DNA of 64,000 nt from Eledone cirrhosa (GCA_964016885.1 OZ024741.1:200570001-200634000), one strand, 5' to 3'. Shown: positions 1-14,811, numbered from the stretch's first letter. Notes: generated by a model from the sequence alone, not told the origin. Program-made: numbers and translations.

Positions 1-9
1 TGCTGCTGG

Positions 10-73
<64 letters not shown>
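10..73. repeat. (TAC)n microsatellite
   Basis: Direct trinucleotide run. Confidence 0.95.
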
Positions 74-74
<1 letters not shown>

Positions 75-614
75 AGCTGAAGGCACATTGATGATACCCC
101 ATCCTCTACCCTTGACCAATATCTATCGATTTTATCAGTAGGACACATTTGTGTTAAATATATTTCATTTGTGCGTTCGTACAAAAACAAAACAAATAAA
201 AACAAAACAGACGCGATCCTTGACGAATTTCTCATACAGAGAACTGTATAATTTCTACCCGAATTAGAAATATGCACACAAAGAGAACAGAATCAGAATT
301 GAGCATCTTAACACTATGTCAACAGAATGTAGAAAAGCCGTTAATGAATTTGTTACGCTTTTGTCTTTTTTCAGTCTAAATAAAAAATAATATATAGACG
401 CCACTAAGAGGAATATTGGTAATTTGGGAATTAAGGAGGATTCTCTTATCAACAGATATAAAACTATTATTAAAAGCAGATCTAACCCACGTGGAGCCGA
501 CTGGCTATCGCGAGCGGTCTGCGCATGTTACATGTCTACTAATTGTCAGTCACAGAACAAGATGCACCAATTAAAAAAAAAATTTTTCATTTGATTATGA
601 GATTTTTTTGATGG

Positions 615-910
615 CCCTATTCGGTCACGAATGACTATGGGTTTGCAGTTAGAAAGTTTCCCTCCGAGGCACAAGCCTGGGCAAGGTTTGTTTTGTGGAA
701 GACCAGTAGTCGCCCATGCATACCAGCCTCCCCTCTCCACGCCACCCATGTTGTCCAAGGGAAAGGCAATGACCCATACAGCTTGGCACCAGTGACGTCG
801 CAACTCATTTCTACAGCGGAGTAAACTGGAGAAACGTGAAATAAAGTGTCTTGCTCAAGAGAATCGAACTCACATCCAATTGGAAGCCCAATGTTCTAAC
901 CACTAAGCCA
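615..910 (-). mobile_element. tRNA-derived SINE (CORE-like family)
   Basis: Minus strand begins TGGCTTAGTGG (A box), then GTTCGATTC (B box), then CTTGAGCAAGACACTTTATTTCAC. A related copy lies at 58403-58540. Confidence 0.7.
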
Positions 911-1008
911 TAAGGTTCTAACCTTGAAATATTATGAAATAGGGTAAAAACTATTGTTTTATTTTGTCATTCTTATTTTACTCTACACTAGTTCCACCAT
1001 TATATAAT

Positions 1009-1122
1009 TGTTTCTACTTTAGGCACAAGGCCAGCAATTAACCAGTGCATTACTGGTACTTTATTTTATCGACCCCGTAAGGAAGAAAGGCAAAGTCAAC
1101 CTCGGCGGGATTTGAACTCAGA
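1009..1122 (-). mobile_element. 5'-truncated tRNA-derived SINE (abundant ~190 bp family), 20-bp TSD
   Basis: Matches the family body GAGTTCAAATCCCGCCGAGGTTGACTTTGCCTTTC...AGAAACA; TSD tagttccaccattatataat at 989-1008 and 1123-1142. Confidence 0.9.
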
Positions 1123-1599
1123 TAGTTCCACCATTATATAATATTTTCTATTCGCATTGTACAGGCTTTCCCAATACATTCTTAATTTTAATTTAATATT
1201 TATACTTTTTGCGTTTACTCAAGTAAAGTAAGCACCCATCATATAAATTGTATTCAACAAGCAAATGATGTGTATTATAAAAAATAGTGTGTTGGAGATG
1301 ACCCGTTCACTCAATCATACGCATCAACAAGGGGCGCTGGGGTTTCCCTTTAATAATTCTTGAGGCAAGTCAACTCATTCGCAGCATTACCGCGGGTAAT
1401 AGCGAGGCTAAGGCGCAGAAACAACCAGGCACCCACACAAGCATCACCTGATATGTCGGTAAGGCGAGCTGCTAACAATGACAAGAACTTCGTTGTCAGT
1501 GGACCAGCTAACCAAAACGTCTCGCATGTTACAGGATGAAAAAATAATTTAAGAAGCTAATTACAAATAAATGAATAAATAAATAAGTGATAGAGAATA

Positions 1600-2950
1600 A
1601 ATAGGTGTGTAAGAAAGACATGAACCAGCTTTGAAGTTCGGGAACATTAGATTATAGGAAAAATAAAAGACAGCATGTATAGAAACAATTAAGATATAGA
1701 GCAATAGCAAGAATAAAGACAGGGCGTATAGAAAGGAATAAGAAGAAGGAGGATAAGAGAAAGAGCAAGGAAAGGGAACAGGGAATTAAATATTCAGATT
1801 GTACACAGAACAAATACTGAGGATACTCAGACAAAGAATAAAAACAGGGATTATATAAATAATAAAGATTGAGAGTATATGAAGAATGAATTCATACGCT
1901 ATTAAAAAATATAGACATTATGAAATACAGAAACAGGGACTATAGTACGAATAGGTATTTAACAAAGAATAATTATAGAAACTGCAGGGAAAATAGTCAT
2001 GAACTATACGCAGAATAAAGACAGAAATTATATATAGTATATAACAGACGCTATATGAAACAGAGCATATATACACTGCATCGAATAGCAGGCCCTCAAC
2101 ACCAGGTGGAATCGTGAGGAGGGCGCCGATTCATTATTTAAACCTGGGGAGCTTATCACTCTTCAGATCTGACCACGGCCGTTTTCCTCCAGCTAGCTGG
2201 CTCACCTTGGCCATGAAATGGAGGCCGCTACAGTTTATCTGGGAATTATTTTCCGCCCTAGCCGGTGACTTCAGTTTGAAGTCGTTTGTCCAGTGGTGCT
2301 ATATTAACACCACCTCCTCACATGGTTTTGTTCACCGGCTCAAGTAGTTTACCAAGTGATTCACACATGAGCGATTTAAGAGATGAATGACGACCAGTTA
2401 AGGTGCAACGTGTCAGCAGTTAAATATATAACCTTTATATAGGAACTGGTTCTTGAGAAAGAGAGAAAAGTACATGGACTACTGAATGGTGAAAACAGGA
2501 GTAATATATAGTACATAGAAGACGGACGCTAAACCAAAAATAGAAATTGAGTCTATAGAAAGAAAAATATGCAAGGACTATTGAAAGGGAAAGACGAAGA
2601 CTATGCAAAGAATTCAGTCTGAGACTACACAAAGACTAAAATTAAAACTATACAAAGAATTCTCACAGAGACAGTAAAAAGAATAAAGGCAGAATCTATA
2701 GACACGATGAAGACAGTGGTTAAAAAATAGATACCACAGAAAGCATAAACGGAGGGACTCTAGAAATAGTACAGATAAAACCCATAGAAAGACTTAATAG
2801 GCTACACGAATAAAAAGGATAAGTTTACATAGAATGAAAATAAACTATAAAATAAGATAGAGACGATAAAGATAAATTGTGACTATACACAACGATAATA
2901 AAGAGATCAAAGACGGAGACTATAAAACGAATAAAAATAGTCTAAAGAAT
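1600..2950. repeat. Degenerate purine-rich minisatellite/low-complexity region (AGAATAAAGACAGGGACTATA-like units), interrupted at ~2080-2430
   Basis: Recurrent gaataaagacag / gactata motifs and strong A/G strand bias. Confidence 0.55.
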
Positions 2951-2979
2951 GACAGACACTCTAAAAATATTTTTTTTAA

Positions 2980-3900
2980 AATCAGAGGACTTGCTCGCTA
3001 CAATGTGGATATTGCTGCAGTGCACTACCAGAAACATGCATCACCGATGAAGACCAACTGCTACTGGTACTAATTAGATCTTCACTGGTATGAACGCCAC
3101 ATTTTGTCATCACATCATGCACCATGCGCAACCTAACGAACTTATCAAAAGGTATCAATGACCGGCTTATGATATTTCATCTCCCTCTCAGTAACAGCAC
3201 CTAAGATGTCACGCTGGTCAGTGTATATGCACAGGACAAGGATCCTAGATACAAGCACGAGCATATGTTAAACTTATATCATAACACAACAAACTGACAG
3301 ACAAGATGCCCTGCACACAAGAGTTATTCATGGATCAGAAAGTCGGAACGATCACAAATTGGTGATATCTGTACTCGCCATGATTGCCAAACCAAAACGA
3401 AGACCACAGGGTGAGAATCCTCTTGAGGAGCTCAACACTTTAAATTAAAATCAAGGGATACTTTTGAGACAGCCTTGAAAATCATATCAAAATAAACTTT
3501 TCAATCTAAAGTTTGGTGAAATAAGTGTAGAAGATGAAAGGATAGACCTAAAGAATCAGCGTTCGAAAACCTGCATACAACAATCAGGAAACACCAGCAA
3601 TGTTTTGACAAGAATGATGCAGGATTCTCCAAGGAGAAGCACAAGCTCTTTGCCTCTTATCAGTGCGATCTAACTAGTGCATCAAAGAATCCATCTTTTG
3701 TAAAGAAATGCCAGAATATACAGTAGCAATTAAGGCACATGTAAGAAAATGAACTTTACAAAATGCTAAAGAAATCCAGCCTAATACTGATAAACATGAC
3801 CTGAAGAGGTTCTATGATTCACTGGAAGCTGAATATGCTTCTCAATCTTCAGGAACTGCATTTCTTTTAAATACTGACAGATCAACACTTATCAAGAACA
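2980..3900 (+). pseudogene. Decayed RTE-clade LINE, APE endonuclease and linker region
   Basis: Fragments translate as LARYNVDIAA, INDRLM, TLVSVYA, DRQDALHTRV, DHKLV, with many stops and deletions. Confidence 0.7.
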
Positions 3901-3959
3901 TATTTACAAAAACAGAGATTACAGAAAGAATACATAATGCATGTATGGAACCGTAACTC

Positions 3960-5025
3960 CTGACGAACTTTTTACTTGGACAAATATACACATATATTTG
4001 TATACAAATATCCGTGTTTCCTGTGTTTATAGGATAGCAGAGTGAAAGACAAATATTAGGCACTGGCCAGCTAGAAATAATTTGACTGTTGAGGAGAAGA
4101 ATATCATACACCAACCACTTGTTGGGCGAGAGAAAATCATCTTCCCAGTTCTTTATATTAAACTAGGACTAATGAAGTAGTTTGTCAAATGGCTTAATGT
4201 GGCGGGTGACTGTTTCAAATTCATATGTACAACATTTCCTGGCCTAAGTTATTATGAAATAAAGGCTGGTGTTTTTGACAGGACACAAATCAGAAAGTTA
4301 ACGAAATGTCAAACATTCTCGAGCTCAATTACTGATGTAAAGAAGAGAACATAGGATTCATTTGTGTCTGTTGTGAAAGGATTTTGGGGGCAGCAAAGAG
4401 ACTGCAAACTACAAGGATTTGGAAGAGACATTGCTTGATGGCTTTCATCTTTTAGGCTGCAATATGAGAATAAAGATTCATTTTCTCAAGAGCCATCTCA
4501 ATGAATTTCCTGCTAATCTTGGAGACATGATTGATGAGCATGGTGAGCGCTTCCATCAAGATATCAAGGTTATGGAGGAGAGATATCAAGGTAGATGGAA
4601 CACATGCATGATGGCAGACTACTGTTAAAATATTCAAAGAGGCTGTGTAGACATGAAACACTCCAGGCGCTCTTGTAAGCGAAGATTTGTCCCATGAATA
4701 TGTTGGTGAGTGTATAATTGTTTGTGCTTTATCGATTTTATTTGAGAATTAACAAGATGTATTTAATAAAAGGTGATGTTATCTTATATTTTAGCTATCA
4801 TATCAAATTCTATTGGCATTATAACTTATGGTGTCAAGCTATAAGGCTTAGTAATCCACCCTAAATAAATTATATTATTCATATAGTGCATAATAAAATA
4901 GTGATGTGTTATAAAATGAAAACCTGATGTGTTGAGAAAAAAATGGACGCCATGTTTGAAATCAGCACCTCAAAATTAGCTGAAAACAACAAAATATAAG
5001 TCCGCAAAATATGTGTTGACCAGTG
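3960..5025 (+). mobile_element. Chapaev-like (CMC) DNA transposon, 3' part with decayed transposase and right TIR
   Basis: HWPARNNL..KNI..PL..IKLGLMK*FVK and IKIHFLKSHL.EFPANLG..DEHGERFHQDIKVMEERYQGRW..MMADYC; ends ...TGTTGACCAGTG (rc CACTGGTCAACA). Confidence 0.75.
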
Positions 5026-5616
5026 TTATAGGTCGGCTTGACCATATTTGATTTGATAACAACACTTTTATAAGATCACAGAAACTGAAAATGCAGATAC
5101 TAAAAATAATAATAATTTTTAAATATGAAAAATTAATTACAAAGATAATCATGACTCCGAAGGCATCTAATACGTCTTTCTAACATAGGCACAAGGCCGT
5201 CAATTTAGGGGAAGTGGTAAGTCGATTATATCGACGCCAACACGTAATTGGCACTTTATTTTCTCGTCATTGAAAGAATGAAAGGCAAAATTGATCTCAG
5301 ATTGATTTGAACTTAGAACGAAATGATCCGTAAGTAAAGACCAGAAAGCATCTAACGTTCTAGCCAAAGCTATCTAATACTAATAGTAAGTAGAAGGAGA
5401 TTGAGAACTTCTACAAGTTAACCAAACTCTACATTGGAAATAAAAGTACTGTAAAAAGGATTTTAAAAACCATACTAATATTTGATAGATAAAAAAATTA
5501 GAATTATATTACTTTAGATGAAAAACAAAATCATAAATGAATATTGGCATTTGGCCCATCGATATCTTTGACAGCATTTAGCTGTTTTAACAGCTGTTCG
5601 AGCGATGAGTTTTCTC

Positions 5617-5680
<64 letters not shown>

Positions 5681-5766
5681 CGAAGGAGTTGTTGTAAGGA
5701 ACCAGATGGACCATAACGCACCAGAGTACTCAATACTTAGGGTAGTAGAGTGGGTAATAGGAAAAT

Positions 5767-5868
5767 GTATGACCCCGACGGCAGAGCTCAAGCGGTTTCG
5801 ACGGCTATTTCTGGATTAGTCCAGAAATAGCCGTCGAAACGGCTTGAGCTCTGCCGCCAGGGTCATAC
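5767..5868. repeat. ~49-bp-arm near-perfect hairpin with TTAG loop
   Basis: gtatgaccccgacggcagagctcaagcggtttcgacggctatttctgga / tccagaaatagccgtcgaaacggcttgagctctgccgccagggtcatac. Confidence 0.9.
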
Positions 5869-5879
5869 AGTACACAACA

Positions 5880-5932
<53 letters not shown>

Positions 5933-6399
5933 GTATATGTATGTATATATGTATATATACGTGTGCATATATAAGTATATGAATGTATACAGTAGAGAGA
6001 GAGAAAGAGAACGCCATTTTTCTCATAGAATTGCTTTACTTTTGAGTTTCATTGATTCTATAATAGAGGGGGGAATTCTACAAGGTCACTCGATCTGCTA
6101 GAAATAGCAATCAAAATGCCTTCAAGTTACCATCCTATGTCTTGAAAAGGAAATGATTCATTGAAATAAAACTATATCTAAAAAAAAGAGAGAGTAAGAC
6201 GGGATGGTTATGGTTGGAATGCTTTTTATCATAAGTCAGCTCAATCGGCTGACCTGAATATAAACAATAGCATCACATAAAGTTGTTATTTAGTGCAAGC
6301 CGCGTATTTTTCTGATAAGATATTACAATCGCTGATTAAATGGGCCTCAATATATTTTGTACTTACTTTATCGTTCTAAAAAGATGGAAATCTAAATTA

Positions 6400-6601
6400 A
6401 CTCTGATTTATATACATATATATATATACAAATCATGTTTGTATGTATATATATATGTGTGTGTGTGTCTGTATATATATATATATATATATATATACAT
6501 ACAGACACACACAGACACACACACACATATACATACATACATACATACATACATACATACATACATACGTACATAAATACATACACATATATGTATGTGT
6601 G

Positions 6602-6670
<69 letters not shown>
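6400..6670. repeat. Compound microsatellite (TA)/(CA)/(TACA)/(GA)
   Basis: Direct runs. Confidence 0.95.
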
Positions 6671-6675
<5 letters not shown>

Positions 6676-9511
6676 AATAAACACGACGCTCCACCATTTT
6701 TGCCAAGCCACCACTGCCGCCTCCCTAACACACAATATCGAATGTTTTAATTGTCCAGTTGTTGGCAGCTACATACAGGCATCCATCTGTGTCTATTCCA
6801 GAGTAGAATTAAAAACATCCTTCCTGCTCGAAAAGAAAATCTCCAATAGAATTGGCAGAGAGATTAACATCTGGCCGAGTTATAATCTAGCAGACGCAAT
6901 GTCAGAGAAGTAGAGTTTAATGCGATACTTAACATAGAGCTGGGTGTGGGGATCTGTAAATTTGGAACGACTAGGAAAACTTTATTTAGAAAACAAAATT
7001 CATGTTAACCGGTGTAAAGCTGTGAATAGTGCCCATAAAACATGGTTATGAAATTCTCTTTCCAGCGGTAAAGCATTCAGCGGGGAACACTAGATAATCA
7101 GAAACAGATTTCTGCGAGAAGAATATATATAAAGAAATAAATAAAGAAAGAAAAAAAAAAAAAAAAAAAAAGGAAGAAAGAAAGAACAGGAAAACAACTA
7201 CTGTTGGCTGCTGCCAAGTTAGTTTCCCTGCTGTAGGATTAAAATTCCAGATTTTATATTCTTTGCAGCTTCTGTTTTCTTCTTGGATTCTAAATAAATA
7301 TTTGTGGCCAATTCCATTAAGAGATAGAACAACCAGTATATTTGGGCTGTTACGATCTGTGATATGTCTATACGTAAATGTCTGTGTGAGTGTGAGTTTT
7401 TTTTTTTTGTATCAGAATCTGTGCGCGTGTGACTATACGTCTGAGTCTGTGTCTTGCGTAAACTCGTTCGTGTGCCAATACCCCTTTCAAATTCAAACCG
7501 AATTTAGATGTAATATTTAAAGGTGAAAGTTCTTTGTTTGGGGTAGATTTGTTGTTATTCTTCTTTTGGTTCAGAATACTCACTGAAAGAATAAATTTAC
7601 GACACATTATTCTGTGTCAGTATCTATTTCATTATTTGTCAGATATAGGAGAGATGGACTGACAAAATCAATAGAACACCGGGTAACATGTTTTGCAGCA
7701 TTTAGTTCAATTAGGTCAACTTTGTTTTTCATCCTTCCCGGGTTGATCAAATAAATCACAGGTACAGAACTGAAGACGATATAAATGACTTTCTCTTTCA
7801 CGACTTTCTCTTTCAGAATTATCTGGCAGGTATAATGGCAGGGTTTTAGCAGAATCGTTAGAGCGTCGGACAAAATGCTTTGTGGTATTTTGTTACGGCT
7901 CATTACGTTTTGAGTTAAAATCCGTACCGAGGTCAACTTCCGGGGTGGATAACATAAAGTACCAGTTACGTACTGAGGTTGATATAGTCAACTTTCCCCC
8001 TACCCCCAAATTTGTGGTTTTGTGCCTAAATTACAAATCGCTATTTGGCAGGTGTCATCAGCCTTGGTCTTGGTATAAGTTTACAAAAGATAGTATTAAT
8101 GTGTTTGAAAGTTAATGGCATATCTCGAAACACATTGGACAGTCAAGGAACCCTTAAACACTTAGTCTTCAAGTTGTAATTTCGGAGATGACGACTTAGA
8201 ATGGTTCCCTGTTATTATCGCTGGGAAAACACGGGTGATTTATAATCAGATTTACTATATAATGCGACAGTCATGACAAGAAGAGGGAGCTTTTGCATGG
8301 TCACTCAGCCTATTAGAGACAATAGAATATATCTTAATTCACGCACTTCCATCTTAAAAAGGATGGATAAATAAGGCGTTCGATTTGGCAGAGTCGTTAG
8401 AGCGTTTCGCGTCTCTGTGTTTTAGGTGTTAATCCTGCTAGGTTTCACTTTGTCTTTCGTTATTTCTGGATCGGTAAATAAAATACCAGTTCAGTGCTGC
8501 TGCAGCCCTCTTTCCTTCTAGCTATGATATCCTGGATGTTCCACCTGATTAAGAGAGGGGTGTTGATAAAGTGTATGTGTCTGCTCGCGACTGCTCGGGC
8601 TCCTACAACCCTTAGCATGTCATACTCGATTGTAGTTTAATATCTGAAGAATAGAAAGATAGTAGCGGTTAGAAACCCTTTGACCATAGATCTACAGGAT
8701 CAGAATTGAACTTATAGACAAAAAAGAAGACTAGTCATAGTTTATATAGTCTTCCTCGGATCACAGCAATGACCTATATAGTTTATTTAATTTATCAATC
8801 AATCAGGTGCCCTGCATAGATGATAATGTTCTCTATCTCGTATGGTCTCTAACCTTTTAGGTTGTGACTATTTCTCACTCTCTGTCTCGGCCGCTAACCA
8901 AAATGTTAACCCATTCATTAGTTTTAACATTTGTCAGCTGTTACTCCTTTTACTGCAATCTTTTCTGCTGTTACCAGATGTTCCAGGGTCTCTCTTCTCA
9001 TTGAATTCCCCCCAAAAAGTCTAGTTGTTGCTTCTTGACGCTATTCAATAGAGAAAGCAACAATATTGGATGTCACTGAACAAAGACCGAAATGGTCAAA
9101 AAAGAAAAGAAGGCAAGCAAGGAAGATAAAGAAGCGTATTTTTTCCACTGTGTAAAATCACACTGTATAATAAAGTACTATATTAAGTCGACAATGTCAC
9201 ATATCTAGCAACATGGGTCACATCCCACAGCAAGAGCGAACAAAATATAAAATATAAAATGAAGAATAAGGAAAGAAAGCAAAGGACCTTTAGACTGATC
9301 ATTTAGTCAGGTATTCTTTATAACTGAGCTATCATTACGTGCAGTTGCCATTAAAACAAGCTTATACTATTTACAACTATCAAAATATTCAGCCGCTACC
9401 AGACCCTATGTATCGCGAATCCTACTAGAAATAATAGCCAAATCTCACAGAAACTCCACCCTTTTGACTAAACAGGAGAAAGGTCACTATGTTAAATATA
9501 TTATGAATAAT

Positions 9512-9615
9512 TGTTTCTACTTTAGGCACAAGGCCAGCAATTACCCAGTGCATTACTGGTACTTTATTTTATCGACCCCGTAAGGATGAAAGGCAAAGTC
9601 AACCTCGGTGGGATT
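9512..9615 (-). mobile_element. 5'-truncated SINE with 17-bp TSD, nested in an older dispersed repeat (CTAGAAATAGCAGCCAAATCTC family)
   Basis: TSD aatatattatgaataat at 9495-9511 and 9616-9632. The host repeat also occurs near 6095, 10740-10920 (-) and 23520. Confidence 0.85.
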
Positions 9616-10080
9616 AATATATTATGAATAATGGACGTTGGAATGCCTTTCATTATAGGCCTACTCGATCAAAGCCTACACGAGGAAAACACAAGCAACA
9701 ATTGTCAATTATACATTGAATATATGAAGTTAAACATAGAATACTGAGTACCCCGTGTGCATGGACATATATTTATTACTAATCTATCGTATATGGCTAT
9801 ATCAATTGCACCTCTGTAAGTTTGGAAACAGGTTTATTTTACCCCGATCGACAGGTGTGTTTACACCTGACTAACTTCTCTGTTGCTTATTAATAATATG
9901 GAGTTGAAGTGCAGTGAATACGTCATTGTATGTGTGTGACTATATATAGAGAAATACGTCTTTACATATAGACAGATACATTTCTTTACACACATACATA
10001 CCACAGATAAACGTATATATGTGAATGAATATACAAACACATACATGAAGGTATCGTGTGTGTTTGTGTATGTTTGTATA

Positions 10081-10140
<60 letters not shown>

Positions 10141-11989
10141 AATACTAAGCTAAACATGACAACAAGAATACCTCTTCAATGACTATTTAGCAGCTGTAAT
10201 TACATCCATAGTTTTAGGAAGAAAACATATCTGTGTAATTGACCTGTTGTTCTTCTCCTCCAGAAGTGACTGTCACACATCTAACAAAATTCTTTGCTCC
10301 ATGAAATGGAGACATATTATTGTAATCGTAGCTGTATCCTGATAGCACCTGAGTCTGAGTACCGAATGACATATAATCCGTTCCTGTTTGACACAAACCT
10401 CAAGTTTATCCTTTACTTCGACATTGTTGATAAGTGGGATTGTCTATTGATCATTATCAAGCTCATTAGAGAGGGACATCGAAAGGAATTTACTGGAAAT
10501 CTTCCAGATAGATCAGCCATGAGAATTTATACTCGGTTGGTGTCTCTATTGACGAGTTTCTGGTGCACTTATATAGTGAACACACATTTTATTCCCTTTT
10601 ACCTGTAAATAAAAGAGAAATTCAGCTTTGTTACTATTTCCACTAGTTACGCTATTGTAAAAGCTGTAACATATTTAGCCATTCAACATAGAATTGATAA
10701 AGAAAGGAAAATAATGCACGAAGTGAATTTAGTTGCTTGTTGTTACTGTTGTTGTTGTTAAGCTCCACGTTGACCTTGATTACGTATACCTATGATCATT
10801 CTGTTTATTTTTTGACATAGTATATCATGGATTATGTCGTCCAGTATGTTCTACTTCTTAGAGGTGGGATTTCAGAGACTGCTGTTTTTGGCAGGTCGAG
10901 CGATTACGTATAGGCTTCTTCATCGGCTCATTTCGTTGCTTGCGGGTTGGATATGTGTGTGTTTGTGTTCAACTAATTGAATCCTAAGATTACCCAAGTT
11001 TACTCATATTCAAATCCGATAACTATGTATTTACTGTTTAGCTAAATGTACGTTTTGTTCATAATTTGTTGTGGTTTGGATGCTGTGGAATTTGTTGTTC
11101 TTTTGAGATACTGGATCGCCAAAAATAGTTTATGGTAAACATGAGATATTACACGTTTAACAATGTCATGATTTCTGTGATTTGATTAAATGCAGAATGG
11201 GTCCAGTTTGTACAGACTATTCATTTTAGTATTTTGGATTTGTTTAGTGTAAGGGATAATAGTGTATGTACCCTGCTTTCTATCCTTGAGAATTCGTATG
11301 AAGAATACTTCTTTCGACTCTGTTGTAAGTTTTCTAGTACAAGGCAACATATTTTTAAAGTTACATAACAGCCAATATTATTAAAAAAATGGCAGCGAGC
11401 ATTTATATGCGACCGAACAAAGTATTAAATGACGATCCCATTAAAAGAACCAATCTCAATAGAAACCATAAGTAAAGTAAGGTTAGGCTAGAACTTATCT
11501 ATTTATCAATATGAATTTTATATTGTAATTGATGAACAATAGCGTCACTGATTACAGGTTTTCAACACATCATCATGGGGTTCATTGGATTCCTAACGAG
11601 GGCCGTGACAAACAAATGTCTGAAATTCTTTGCACAGAAAGGATATCACGGGGAACCAGCATTAGGTGAATTTTAAGGTTGATACAATAATCATTTGGGC
11701 AATACTCATAGAATATTTTCAACATCATACAAACACTGTAGCGCTCACGGCAACATTAGACAAAATAAACTTCGAGCATTTTGAGTCGATCCGATGCTGT
11801 CTATCTTTTTTTGTAATTGAACTCTGGCGGTGCTTTTCTAAATACTTTGTTCCGTGTGTGGCAACAATATTCAAGGTGGCGCCGGGTAAAGTTATAGAAG
11901 TAAAAGATAATGGTATGAATATTTCTAGACCAGAACACATCTTGTAGGCCGTGCCGATAATTTTTGCTTATGTGGCCCCTCTTCTTAAG

Positions 11990-13030
11990 TTGTTATCAAC
12001 AGTTACTTATAGGGCTCTAGTGTTATTGGATGCCACGAGGATTTCACCCGAGAGAAGAGAACTTAAATGCATCTTCTTTTCCAAAGTGGATTGGCTCAAA
12101 TTTAACCTCGCTTAGTACCATATTGTTTTTTTCCGCCAATAACAATGACAAAATCCGATGGGAAAATATATCTGGTCTCACACTTCGTTGATGACCTTCT
12201 GGAATCATTTGCAAAGGTTCTTATTTTTCTGTGCTCGATGACGTCTATGATGTCATTAATATAAATAATAAAAAAAATAGTAAGAGCAACACAACGTCCT
12301 GTGGAACACCACTAATGACTTTTGCTGGGCTTGATTATGTTCCTTTGATCATAACATGCAGAGTTCTATTCACCAAGAAAAACTCGATTCAGCTATAGTA
12401 GCTTCCCACAGTTTTCATTATTGAATAGTTTCTTTAAAGGATTTACTAAAGTTATGCTTTATAACACTTGTGTTGGAACCCTCTCATAGCGCATTTAGAA
12501 TGTTATCATATTGGTGCAGATACTGTGTTAAGCGATCCCTGCCGTTGCTGAAACCAAACTAGCTGGAATCAAAAAGCTTGCTGCTTTCAAAGAAGTGGAT
12601 TATTCGGGTTCTCACCGCCTTCTCAAATAATTTGATTATAAGAAAGATGAGAGAGAAAATAACTTGATTATAGTTACTAAAAGTGACCAGTTTTCATTTT
12701 TTTAAAACTGGGATGACAAACTGGGATAGATACCGTTTAGGTTTTGAACCTGCATCCAGTGCCACCAGAGATTAGCTATAGAGGTTGCAAGTTGATGTTA
12801 CTACCACTTTAAGACAATAACGGGAACGCATTGGGACCCATTCCTGAGTTGTATTTAATTTTGTATATTGCCGCTGATACCCAGAGCACCGAACGTTATG
12901 TAAGATACGATACCTTAGAGAATTACTTCAAGGATACTGTCCAGATCAACCCCATCGAGATTTTTGAAAGCAGAACAGTATTGTTTCTGCAGAATCTCAC
13001 CACTGATTTTAGCATCATTGTGGAGAATGT
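11990..13030 (-). pseudogene. Heavily decayed CR1/L2/Jockey-group LINE reverse transcriptase
   Basis: Minus-strand remnants VISGVPQ..., YINDI, KLFEKAVR, FGF..GR..LTQ, HFGK. Confidence 0.65.
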
Positions 13031-13139
13031 TGTTTTCGTCAATCAGTGGTCCAACAGACGAGACAGTGACGATTTGCCCTCCCCCAAAATTGTTGGCCTT
13101 GTGCCTACATCAGAAACAATCATTAGTCTGTATGTTAGA

Positions 13140-13357
13140 GCGGTGGATTAGCAGTATTGGCAGGGCATCGGACATGTTTTGCGATATAGAGTTACTGCCC
13201 TTTACGTTCTGAGTTCAAATCCCGCCGGGGTTAACTTTGCTTTTCATCCTTACGGGATCGATAAAATAAAGCATCAGTAATGCACTGGGGTTGATTTAAT
13301 CGACTTTTCCCTCCAACCATCATTGTTGGCTTTATGCCTAAACCAGAAACCGTTATT
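13140..13357 (+). mobile_element. Older subfamily copy of the ~190 bp SINE
   Basis: GAGTTCAAATCCCGCCGGGGTTAACTTTGCTTTTCATCCTTACGGGATCGATAAAATAAAG with a longer 3' part. Similar degraded copies near 5185, 7700-8050, 8380, 15980, 60400. Confidence 0.8.
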
Positions 13358-13533
13358 AGTCTTTATGTTAATTCAGTGAAGAAAACGGATATTTTATTGT
13401 CAGATCTCCTATTCACTCATCTCGCTAAGGATCTCCTTCGCCGGATATCAATAGCAAAATGTGACAAGTCAATGAGGGACCCATTACGTAGTCACACCAC
13501 TTGTTACAAACTGGGGTTAAGCAACAACAACAC

Positions 13534-13842
<309 letters not shown>

Positions 13843-14811
13843 AAATGCGAATCAGCAATTGTTTATTATTGATGACATATAGCATCTATATTCAGAAATA
13901 CTATTCTTTTATGAAATATGACGTATTTGCAGATCTAGCAATACACGTGATACATAAATCCCAACGGCATCAATATTCCGGATGTATACACACCGGTTTT
14001 AGTAATACTATCAAATGAATAAATACACTGCCAACTCTGCAGTCAATAATGAGTCATGGAACATTGGATTGGTGATGGTATTAATATATGTGTATTAGAA
14101 AAACACAGAATCGTTTTAAAAGCAACCGACATGCGACATTTTATTGTAAATCTATAGAGACCATGGATGTGAAATTGAATGTGTAGGTGCTGGCAAGGAA
14201 TACTAGGAATATGATATAGTCATTATTTCCACGATCGTGATTACAATATTGATAGGGATAATGATGCCGATGAGGAATTTTAAGCAGATACATGTATTTT
14301 TATAGGTGTACACAAACTACACACACTACTGATAGTCAGATAATGGAAGCAAAAGCTGCGAGAATAACGATGACCATCACTGGGTTATAAAACGCTGACC
14401 TCTCAACCATAAATACTATTTGCAATGAGTTGCTTCATATCGGATACAACCTAGATAAAAATTGCCGACCTATAGATATATTTTATTGCTTTTATGGACT
14501 TAAGTGACAATAACCAAGGAAGTAGCATACTAAACAAAATGGCTATTCTAAACTTTTATTCGAGCATATAAAAAAAAGCTAACAAATTATCTTCAATTGA
14601 TGTGTATGGAAATAATAGTAATTTGAATTTATAAAAATGTCTCTTAGCGTGATAATAATACAATACTGAACATGAGATGACACTTCTTTGAAGAAATAAG
14701 GATAATAAAATTCTTTTTTACAAGTTTAATTCATATGACAAAGATTAATTAAAATTTATCCAAGCACATTTCAAGTTACTGACACTATAAAAACACAGTT
14801 GCAGTCTATAA

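Noticed and set aside
2080-2430. Possible Penelope 3' remnant with hairpin gacttca/tgaagtc
   Set aside because: HHR core boxes are absent and protein similarity is too short to support a call
8640-8690. CTGAAGA...GAAAC hammerhead candidate
   Set aside because: No convincing stem II, stem III or stem I pairing
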